This document shows positions 38,333-48,645 of a DNA stretch of 64,000 bases, one piece after another. This DNA is from Lepidodermella squamata (taxonomy: Eukaryota; Animalia; Gastrotricha). The stretch spans positions 3,658,001 to 3,722,000 of the forward strand of contig JBLDXI010000015.1 of assembly GCA_047495785.1 (NCBI GenBank). The letters run 5' to 3'. Numbering within the stretch: the first letter of the stretch is position 1; the number at the start of each line of letters is the position of its first letter. A program made the translations under genes and the position numbers. The notes beneath the pieces were generated by a model, which saw nothing but the letters and a program-made list of their open reading frames with translations, was not told where the DNA came from and did no database searches.

Positions 38333-40017
38333 ATGAAAAGCAAACTAATTTCTAAAATTCACCACATTTTTACTGATAGCAATCGAGTTGTTAGCGATAA
38401 GCCTATTCAAACAAAGGCTGATGTTCGAAAAGATTCGAAAACGACATTGCTCGACCTGGTAGCGTCATGCAGGAAGTCGAAGTACGCGTTAACAGAGCAC
38501 GAGGTAGGGTTTTTAGGACTTTCCTCATCATTTTGAACTTCGAAAACTTAATTTTCAGATTCTGACTATATCGAGCCAAGTTCTGTTCGAAATCGAGATA
38601 AGCCGAGAAGCTGAATGGAGTTCAAATCCAAGCGAAATCTTAGTGCTGGACAACGGGGCAATCCAATTCGTCACACCTCAACTCGCGAATTCGGAAAAAC
38701 GAGCTCCGAAACGAGTCTATCTCGGCCGATTGCTGCATTTTCTTGTGACCCTGTCTGACTGGGAAACTTGTTGCGAATTGAGTCACCTTGATGCGGGGTC
38801 CTGGCTGGTTTATGCTAGATACAGCCCAGATTTGAGGCTCCTTGTTCAAGATCTCCTCACCGGGCAGATGGAAATGCGATCTTTTACGCGAAGAATCAAT
38901 AACTTGAGGGACAAGTTCGAGTCCCAATCAACTTGCGAAGTGATTCGATACTCCGAAGCTCTAGCTGCAGTGTCACCCCTGCGTCTGCGGAAAAACTGGG
39001 GGCGTTATTGGCCCAAAGCTAATGAAGCTGCAAATGACACGGATTCGATTCGTCAGTTATCTTCAAGGGCTGTTGCTTTGATTCGAATATCAAACCTTAC
39101 GGTGGTCATTTGCCAAAATGGAATATTCAAGGTCTGTTTTTTTCAAATTTACATAAAAAATTATTCATTGATTCTTATTTCAGATTTTTGATGCTTGCCT
39201 GACTAAATCGGTCGGATGTAAATGGTTCCGCGATGAGAAAACAATCATATCAGCTAGTTATAATGCTGAAACAAACTGCTTCAGTCTTTTGACGAGTGAT
39301 GCTTTGTTGCTAAGGGTGAATTCATCTGAGTTCGAACAGCTGAACGCTCCGTTTTATAGTTTCGATGAGGTGAAGATGGCACGAAATCAATTCAGTTGCT
39401 TGCTCTACGACGAAGCTAATCATTTAGTATTCGTTGCCGACGGCGCTTCATCAATCTTGTCAGCTTACAGATTATCTGATAATGATCTCTCAAATCCGAT
39501 TCTCAAAATTCGCACAACTGGAGCGATATTCAACAATTTGGCTGTATTCAATCTCGCCACTAAGTCTGAATCTCCAAAATCATTCAAATTGATTCTTTTA
39601 GCGGCTAATGACATTAAAAACAATAATATTTTTCTAAGCTACATATCTGTGGACGAAGGCAGTGGTCGAATGGAACTTCGAGAGGAGCTTACTACGACCT
39701 TGGAAATTGAGGGAAACTCTGGCAGTTTGGCGTTCGATGAGGATGGCAATCTCTTCGTGGGTGTAAATTCCGAGCAAGCTGGACCTGCCGTAATTTGCTA
39801 TGAAATGTCAGCGGATGGTCGCCTGGTAAAATCGTCAGATCAGCCGGCTGAAGTCGCCGGAGCCGATGGTGAAGCTCAGCAGATAACTTCAATTACGACG
39901 ATACCACTCCGAAAAAGGAGCAGGCGATGTCCTTACGTCATCTTCGGAATCCATGACTTTAAATCCAAGAACAATTTTATCTCGGCATTAACTTATACGA
40001 GTCCAAATTTTTCGTGA
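38333..40017 (+). CDS. Uncharacterised protein, ~525 aa, possible beta-propeller C-terminus
   Basis: Exons 38333-38503, 38559-39131, 39184-40017 in frame; LLYDEANHLVFVAD and SLAFDEDGNLFVG resemble NHL/SGL-type blades; AATAAA follows the stop. Confidence 0.65.
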
Positions 40018-40711
40018 TCTTCATAGAAATAATAAAATTAATTAAATAATCGTAAAAATAAACATATAATTTGCGGGGTCTCATTTTTAGAGGAGCTAAA
40101 TTTTGAATTTTAAATAATTAATTCGCGCTTTACCGAATTTTCTGGAATTTCAAGATTAGTTCAAAAATTAAAAAATATTTTTTTATGAATTCCGTGATTT
40201 TTTGGCTGAGGCCTGGTCTTCACTTTCAGAACGCGACACAGTCCTGATCTATAAATAAAGTTTGCCATTTGGCTCCTTAAATTTACTTATGTATTAATTT
40301 TTACTCCATTTTTTATTTAAATAAAATTTAACTTGAACGCATATGTTAGAGTGGTTTTAATTGAGGAAGTGGAACTGACCAAGAAGACTTCCTACTTCCT
40401 ATATTATACAGAAAAAAATTCATCGATTTCGACGCGGTTGTATTATTATCGCATTCTTATTCATCGCGTATTTTAATATGAAATGTATGATCGCTTGGGA
40501 CATGAAAGCGGCGTTCCTATCGTTAAGCCATCGGAGCATGTCTCAAAAATAATTCCGCAGCTTGTATAATATTATATAAGATAAGCCGAGACAATGGAAC
40601 GCTAAAATTTAACTGCAACAATGAGCCCGATCAATGCTGTTATTCCGATGCGTGAATTTGCGCCAGAGTTCCTTAAATCTAAATTGAAATATTGGCTTTT
40701 TATTTTCTAGA

Positions 40712-41134
40712 ATGTCGGAGGAGCAAAGCAATCTGCAAACCGTGGAACTTACGTCAAATTTCACGACAACACCAACTCACAACATCATCGGGCCGTCCTT
40801 ACTCAATGTCAGGGACATTTTGATCGAATTCGCGTCACCTCAATTGCGAACGCAAGCCGAAATCGCGAATCGGCAGCTGAAAATTCGAGCAATTGGCCTG
40901 TCGCTGTTTTCCTTCCCGTTCTGCTTCTTCTGCTGCTCAATTCCAGCGTACCTCATGGCGAAACGAGACCGAGCGCCTAACTCAGTTTACCGGAAATCTT
41001 TAAAACTCAGCCTAATTGCTGTTATTAGCGGCTTTTCAGTTTGTGTAACATGCATTCTGGTATCGATCACACTTTTCATTATCAACGTTTCAGTATTTCC
41101 GAAACCCTCACAACCTGAGATCGATTATGAGTGA
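40712..41134 (+). CDS. Small two-hydrophobic-segment protein, CD225/dispanin-like
   Basis: LSLFSFPFCFFCCSIPAYLMA followed by a basic loop and a long C-terminal hydrophobic helix. Confidence 0.55.
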   Translation: MSEEQSNLQTVELTSNFTTTPTHNIIGPSLLNVRDILIEFASPQLRTQAEIANRQLKIRAIGLSLFSFPFCFFCCSIPAYLMAKRDRAPNSVYRKSLKLSLIAVISGFSVCVTCILVSITLFIINVSVFPKPSQPEIDYE

Positions 41135-41313
41135 TTTAGTTAGTGAGACGCACCAGTTTTTAAGACAAAGGCCGTATAGGAATAAATCAATTGTGTAACA
41201 GGCAGATTTATTTATGACTTGTGCAGTTGAGGTCTGACGTGCTAAAATAATCGATAAACCCCACACACCTGCGGCTTGGTTTTTTTCGATACAACTAGAG
41301 GCAGTTTAGCACA

Positions 41314-43017
41314 ATGGAACCGCAATTCAAGCTAATACCTCGAAAGTTCATTTTCTACGGATTTTTTACATTGGTAGCCCTCGGTTTTATAACCGTGCTA
41401 TTTTACGAGCAATTACTGCTATTGAGGGTTCTACCGCGTAGAGGTCGACATTTTTGGAGGAAGGCCATCAATTGTTTCCAACGAGTTCGATATTTGGAAA
41501 ATGATTTGCATAATCTTGATTTCGACACTGGGGAATACGAGATCAGCGATTTCAATTCAACAATCAGCCCGCCGCCGCCGATTACTGACTTCAAATTATC
41601 GACTAAATTGAAGGAAAGCTCGCCGTATAGTTACCACCTACACGGAATTTTTCATTCAACCACCTGCGACATGAAACAAAACGACCCGGCTAAGGGTGTT
41701 CAAACCCTGTTTCGAGAGGTTCGGTCGTCTATTTTGTTCTCATTCACGCCCCATGTGAAATCTCATGTGGCTAAAATGTTTTCGAAGCAAGTTCGCGAGG
41801 AGGAATGGTTCAGGTTGTACGCGTTTCATTCAAGCTGTTTGCCTTACAAAGGCGCAATGACATGCGCTGTTCGGGTTTGGCTGCGGCTCAGCCGATTTCA
41901 GGCGTCTTCAGCCGATATTCGAAACCGATTTCAAGACAGTCAGATTTACATGTTTCAATTAGACAACAAGCTGTCGTATATCGAAAACTCGGGGCGGGTT
42001 GTAGCAATACCATCGCCTGTCAATGACATTTTCTACACTGGCCCGGAAGATCCGAGGCTGATAATAGTGAATGGCCAGCTATTTATCAGCTTTATTAACA
42101 CTCATTTCAGTGATAAAAAACGAAAAAGGCGGCAATATCTGTGGTCGGTCGATAGAAACGAGCTCTTCGATGTCGATGTCAATAATTACGAATTAAAATG
42201 GGCCGAAAAGAACTGGACACCCATGACTAATAGCAATAACAACGCCCTGAGCTACATCTATCAATTCATCCCTGAAATGCGGATATTGAACTGCAATTTC
42301 CCAACGAAAAAGGACGACAACTCGGTTCGATGTGCGTTTTTGATTCGAGACAAAACGGCAAAGACAATTTTGGAGAAATTTGAAGAGCCGGATTTCGAGT
42401 CGATTCTACGAGGCGGTTCTCAAGCGGCTCAATATTCAGGAGATTTTTACATCGCGATGACTCACACGCTTCAAACTTCGTACCCAGATTCAGGGCAAAG
42501 TAATTGACCTTTTTTTTTAATTCGACAGATTTTTTTTTGACAGTTGTCCCATAGTTTATGCTGCTCAGTTGGTGATGATTCATGTTGCCGATCGGCGGCT
42601 AATTTTCGTCTCATCCCCTATCCTGATCGATCCTAATTTAATGAGTTCGGTGAAAACGACTGTTGGATCGGTGAATAAGCCGTTTCTCTACCCGGAAAGT
42701 ATCTACGTCGAAAATCCGAATAGCATCATTTTCGCAACTGGCCTGAACGATAATGAATCATACCTGGTCAGACTTCAAGGGATCGGCTCAATGCTGAGTA
42801 TTTTTATTAATTAAATAAAAAATAAAAAATTTAAAAATTAATTTTTTTAGGGGCTGCGATTGAAAATTATGAGCAGCTAAAAAAGAAGTGTTCCGCAGGC
42901 CAACTCAGTGATAAGCGATTTAAATCAATCTACTCGGAGATGGAAGACTGGGTGAAGTCGAAAAATATCGCTGTCCTAGACAACCTTTTCACGAAAAGGC
43001 CTGATATAGACCCGTGA
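41314..43017 (+). CDS. BMT/GT91-like copy 7, 3 exons, ~531 aa
   Basis: Exons 41314-42499, 42555-42797, 42851-43017 in frame; YTGPEDPRL, EKNWTPM, LRGGSQ. Confidence 0.8.
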
Positions 43018-43296
43018 TTTGAGAAAATTATAATAAATAAATGATCCACTGCCGTTATATATATAGCTATGTTGTTGTGACTCAATTTCAGCGAAATTTG
43101 CGGCGATTAGTACCCGGATATGTCGAACAATGCGCCTAGGGAATGAGTATTCACTAAGCGATAAATCCACCTTAATTTGTTCACATTAGTCCGAAAATCA
43201 ATAGACTATTATTTACACTAAGCGTGAAATTTTTAAAATTGTTGTTGAGCCTATGTAAAACAAACAAACACAATTTTAGTCACATACAAAAAATTT

Positions 43297-45464
43297 ATGG
43301 CTAAACATATGAAATATTTGATCCTAATACCGCTTGTTATAGCGGTTTGTTTCTCGTTCGGTATCTTATTTATGGCCGAGCAGACGACCATGTGGATGGC
43401 GGCTGAAATCAGCGAGCAAAAGTTTGCTATCAAACGATTTATATTGCCGCAAAGCTACGTCGTAGGCGATGGGAAGCAGTCATTTCGGATTCATAATAAT
43501 GGCGAGGAGTCGACAAGATTTTGGTTCCCATTGTCCGGGGTAATACCTAACGTCTACTGCTCAGACCGCGGCGAGACAAGGTGGTCGCAATCTGATAATA
43601 GCCCAATCAATGAACTTAACGGGCAAGCTGAAACTACTGTTCTACATCGATTCTCACCGTTCATAAATGACCACGTGCGAGGCATGTTTGCCCACCAGAT
43701 CACGCAGGAGCAGTGGTTTGTGATTTATCCTTTTCAAATATCATGCATTCCTAAAAGCGAAGACCGACTGGTTTGCGTCGTTCGAATTTGGTTTCGCCTC
43801 GACCGATTTGAGGAGGCTAGCGATTTTGTCAATCGTTTCCAGGATAGCTATTTCTATCAAATCGAGCTGGACAGTCAGCTGAATTACATTAAAAACTCGG
43901 GGAAAATAATTGGCATTCCGGCTGCGATCCAAAATTTACATTACACAGGGCCTGAAGGTATGAATTAAATTTGACCGTTTGACAAGTGAAAAGTGGGGTT
44001 TGGCGTATGTTCTGTATTTTCCAGCAAATGGTAACAATTTTGTTGACTTAAGGAGGGACGATTCTTGGATTCCTAGATTACTCAGTTTATCTTGGCGATT
44101 TTTAAATGTTCAGACCTCTAGGGGGCTCCCATCCACCTCAAAGGACGAGAGAAACCCCAAAGTGTCGCCAAAGCTTATAGATATTGGTTGAAGTGGAAGC
44201 ACTGGCTTGATTGAACTCAGTGCTTCCACTTCAACCAATATTAGTTTCTTTTTATTGCACTCATTTTTGCACTCTCAACCTAGAATTTTAGAATGAGTGC
44301 AATAAAAAGAAACTAATTTTTTTAAGCGCGCATTTTTTTCGAAATCAGCAATTTTCACGTGTGAACTTAGACGCCCATTTTCTCAACAACCCTGATCGCT
44401 TATCAGCATAATTTTGATATCGTTCGACTCCTCGTTCATTGATCTTGAAAGCGGCATCAAAATCTCACGATGTCAAAAATATCGCCAAGCCCCACTTTTC
44501 ACTTGTTATTAACGGTCAATTTATTTATTTGTAAAGTTTCTGACTGTTGCCACAGATCCTAGACTGATTGCTATTAATGGATCGATTTTCGTCAACTTTA
44601 TAATGGGACATGACCAGCCCGGGATTTCAGGAACCTTTCGGCATCAATTTCTCTGGTCGCTAGAAACAAGCAGTTTATTCGATGTTGAAATAAATGGCTA
44701 CAAGCAGAACGCATTCGAGAAAAACTGGTCGCCTTGGGTCGTCAATGGAAGCCTGCTATTCGTCTATCAACTTCTACCCAAACCTAGAATTTTGCACTGC
44801 CCGATCGTTAAAACACGAGCTTTCAGGTATGCGAACTGCTCATTTGCCGCAGGAGCGCCGAAACAAGGTAAAAAAGTTGAAACCACCCTGCTAGTACTTC
44901 GAGGCGGCTCGCCTTTCGTTCACTACATCGGAGACTATTACATCGCTGTCACTCATTCAGTACAACCAGCGTATTCGGGAAAGGGTCTGTTATTCTAGAT
45001 TTTTCTAATAATTTTATCCTTTTTTATTTTATCAAGCATATGCCGCTCAACTGACGCTGATTAACGGACCAGCTGGCCGAGTGGTTTTCGTATCGTCACC
45101 TATTTTACTTCACCCGAGTGTGATGAAGTCGCTAAAAACAACAGACCGTAACATTCTTCGCCCCTTTTTGTATGCCCGCAGCATTTTTATCGAGGATGAA
45201 AACACGTTCGTCATCGCTGGCGGGGTGAATGATCACGACAGTTTTCTCATCCGCTTACGAGGAGTAGCAGCTATGCTTCTCGACGCCATTGAAAGCGATC
45301 GGCGTCGATCGAAGGAAGAACGCAAATCGCCAGATTCTTGTAGTAATCTCGAGGAAAAATTGCTAGGTGCTTACAAAGCCATGGAAACTTGGATTACTCA
45401 GAAAAATCTGAAGGAACTCGATAATTATTATTACAGAAATGATAAAATTCAGATTAAAAACTAA
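43297..45464 (+). CDS. BMT/GT91-like copy 8, 3 exons, ~505 aa
   Basis: Exons 43297-43957, 44556-44984, 45037-45464 in frame; an intron splits GPE|DPRL; EKNWSPW, LRGGSP. Confidence 0.8.
43971..44519. mobile_element. MITE inside intron 1 of copy 8 with two internal hairpins
   Basis: Imperfect ~35-bp TIRs TTGACCGTT..ACAAGTGAAAAGTGGGG.TTGGCG; internal inverted repeats at ~44181-44241 and ~44241-44316. Confidence 0.8.
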
Positions 45465-45515
45465 GATACAATTTTTATTAAAAATTCCACCTTAATAAAT
45501 ACATTATTTATAGTT

Positions 45516-47039
45516 TTAAATAGCACCAGCAAGGCCGCCTAAATTTGAACCGGTGAGGAGCAGCAGTGTTCGACTGTTCGACGTGCCATTATTTGCCAGT
45601 AGGGAGCTATTCACCGAATAATTACTCGGCCCGTGTATCATTTCATTACTCAGCGCGGCTAGCCCTTCAGCTTGACCTCCCGAGTAATCAATTAGCAGTA
45701 GAAAGTAGGTCATAATGAGGCCGATAAACGAAATGACGTTGCTTTTACGAATGTGAATTAGCCCGAACATGGTAATGCCAATAGGTTCAGAATTAACTTG
45801 GCTGATGAATAAATTAATTTGAACAGCATCTGCAGCTTGACGGTCTGATTTAGCTTGAAGCGGGCAATGCGTGTCATCCCGCCGCAGATAATGCAAAGCT
45901 CCAACTACAGAATGAGCCGAGTGGTTGAGAAATGCGGCTGATCCCAAGTTTAAAACGGCGAAAAGAATTGAAATCATCAGCCAAATTACCCGGAACGTCA
46001 TCCCAACCGTGTTAACCTGTCGGTCGTATAGTAAAAAGTACATGTAGTTGATGCAGCAGAGGAAGGATGAAGCAAGATTAACGCCAACAATCGCTCGAAC
46101 GCAAGTGTCCCAACTTCTTACAATGCGGCCGAGACGTAAATGTTGTAGCCGGTACTGTTCAATATCGACCTCTTGATGCTCGTTATTGACAGGAGCCATT
46201 AGGCTGTTTTTCAGCAGGTGACTGTCCTGAAAACTTTCAGCGTCCGAATTCACGACGTGATTACTATCAGAGCTTCTTCGCTGCATCGAGTTTTGATGCC
46301 CTTCAATCTTTTTCCTCAGTTTACTCTTGAACATTTCGAACGAAAACCCGAAGAAGGTGTTGTAGCAGAAAACGAATGCATTAGCCATAGCAGTCGCTGA
46401 ATCGCTGCAGAAATGAGTCAAAATTTGCAGGAAAATCAGAATAATCCTTAGCCCTAAATTGTTTAGGGCCTGGGGTAGAAGATGAAACGGGGAGAACATG
46501 AAGATGTAGTTCTCCATCGAGATGATGTACAATGTCAAAAGAGCGATTGAATTCAGGATGGTAAACAGCCATGCCACGATTAGAACTGTTTTAACGGTTG
46601 TTGAGGTCCCGGCGCAAATCGGCCCGGATTGCAGGCTGTAGATCTCACGCCGGAAGTCGTTTAGAGCTCGTTCAATCCTGTCGGGGTTGTTGAAAAAGTT
46701 GTGGAATAGGCAAGTTCTGCCTATAACACAGCTCAATTGATACAGGACAACGTTGAAGAAGTAAACAAGTTGGGAGACATTCATTTTAGTCGTGTGATTT
46801 GCCCCTAGGGACATTGTCACCGTGAACAGGAGTAGCCTTGCCGGGAAAATCCAGCTGTAGATGACGGCAAACAGGGCGGCATAATAATTTACCCGTCTTA
46901 GCCATATCGAAGATTTCGGGATTGGAAATGGTCGAAGTAGAACGATGGCTAGTGACCAGTCTAAAGGTCTCATAACTTTGTAGAGACTGTGATTTGGGTG
47001 CTGCGGGTTGCGGATACTTGATCCGATTGATCGACTCAT
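45516..47039 (-). CDS. Gustatory receptor-like (Grl, 7TM ion channel superfamily), intronless, 507 aa
   Basis: About 7 hydrophobic segments; C-terminal LFISQV...GITMFGLIHI...FIGLIMTYFLLLIDY fits the Gr/Grl TM7 TYhhhhhQF-type motif. Confidence 0.85.
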   Translation of the reverse strand: MSRSIGSSIRNPQHPNHSLYKVMRPLDWSLAIVLLRPFPIPKSSIWLRRVNYYAALFAVIYSWIFPARLLLFTVTMSLGANHTTKMNVSQLVYFFNVVLYQLSCVIGRTCLFHNFFNNPDRIERALNDFRREIYSLQSGPICAGTSTTVKTVLIVAWLFTILNSIALLTLYIISMENYIFMFSPFHLLPQALNNLGLRIILIFLQILTHFCSDSATAMANAFVFCYNTFFGFSFEMFKSKLRKKIEGHQNSMQRRSSDSNHVVNSDAESFQDSHLLKNSLMAPVNNEHQEVDIEQYRLQHLRLGRIVRSWDTCVRAIVGVNLASSFLCCINYMYFLLYDRQVNTVGMTFRVIWLMISILFAVLNLGSAAFLNHSAHSVVGALHYLRRDDTHCPLQAKSDRQAADAVQINLFISQVNSEPIGITMFGLIHIRKSNVISFIGLIMTYFLLLIDYSGGQAEGLAALSNEMIHGPSNYSVNSSLLANNGTSNSRTLLLLTGSNLGGLAGAI

Positions 47040-47681
47040 TTTAAGGTTTTATTATTGGTAAAATCGAATTAGAGGGATAAAGTTCGGTTCTATTCCACTT
47101 TCTTCATATGACAGATGGCCATACCGATAACACCGCCCACGGCTATAGGTGATAAAAATATCTATGAAAATTCGAGAAAAATCGTTATGTGCTAAAAATG
47201 ACTTGAAAAATCCGATAAAATACCACGGTAACGAGCGGTAAAAAATGGTTACGCACTCGATATGCAATATGCTATGGCGTAGTAATGATCATCAACACTT
47301 GTATACTAAGTTTGCGCAAGCCGAAAAATAAGCAGCGTTTTGACAGCCGCTGCCAGTATACAGTTTCGCGATCTGTATACACAACTGGAGAAATAAACGA
47401 TATGATTATTGATACATCTCAGACTTCGCATCGGCTAAAGGAATATCACAAACGCAAAGCCAACGAAAATAATGCCGGGTCGTACAATTTTCGGAAATTA
47501 TGCATACTTGAAGGAATTGCTTGCATTCCTTCCTTATTTCATCCAGCTTGATGAGAATTCCATCTCACGTTTCAGTATCTCTCTCATCATAAAAGGAGGT
47601 CAATTATGTTCATTATAAGCTATCGGCATTTCCAAACCGAATTTTTTAATTTTATCGATAAACAAGTAAAATTTGGTAAGT

Positions 47682-48105
47682 CTAATCCAAGCTCGAGATG
47701 TATCCATCGTAATCGTCATAGTCCTCAGCGTCATCTTCAAATGCACAATTTTTGGCAAATTCAGCTGTCAACTTAAGGTAGCCAGGTAGACCAATATCTG
47801 TGATCAAGAAAAACAGAAAACAATGATGACTTTCAATCGTAATCGAGTTGCTTACGCTGAGAAAGTAGTTGAATAGAGTTCCTGAACCCTTTTGCTCGGT
47901 TTCTAGCCCAATCCATGCATGAAGGAAACAGAGTAGCCTCCTCTACAGCGTTTTCGAACTGCTCGTCGGTGACTTCAGGGAAGATGTTGCTCCAAGGCCC
48001 ACCTGGCAAGTCTATGTAAGCAGCCTCTTGCTCGGGGATCACTGCACCTTGGCATGATAGGGCCACAGCCAGAATGGCGAAGACACAAGCGAGGAATGCC
48101 TTCAT
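47682..48105 (-). CDS. Small secreted protein, family member C (2 exons)
   Basis: Signal MKAFLACVFAILAVALSCQG; FENAVEEA..FPSCMDW and AEFAKNCA; same intron position; acidic tail. Confidence 0.72.
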
Positions 48106-48645
48106 GTTAAAATTCGAGAAAATATTTGATAGTGTTTGAAAATCACAATACATTTCGTGCTTCAAATAAGCGTTATGAAATTAGATGAACTCGATTGAAC
48201 TCGCAGATGGCGAGCGGTGATCGGCGTTGACAGCGGCCCAAGCAGACCTATTATGCGCCAATCTTTAACATCGGAAAAATCAGGGGAGATTAAATTGAAA
48301 CGAGACACTCTCCCATCCGACCCTCATGCCATGCAACTAGCCACTATAAAACGATTATCATCATTTGTAAGAGACCAATGAGCTGATAAAATCTCATCCA
48401 ATGGCGATTTTAGACGTGTAAAATTTTATTCATGTAAATCAATAAATTTTTATTCACCAGGTGAGCTCGCAAGAGAAGCCCATTATACTACCTTCAAAGA
48501 CAATATATGGAAAAGCACGCACAGCACAAATCATAACGGAAACAAAGTACAACAAACATTCAGTGTCAAGGTTAAGGTTCCGGTTGATCAAAAAATAGGC
48601 ATTATTACAGCGTCTAGGGATCGCAATATCCTGACTGGCGTTATT

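Noticed and set aside
3402-45464. Fungal or bacterial contamination as the source of the BMT-like genes
   Set aside because: Genes have the same short AT-rich introns as their neighbours and are interleaved with animal-type genes (Grl, pLGIC) and shared transposons; read-level confirmation is still advisable
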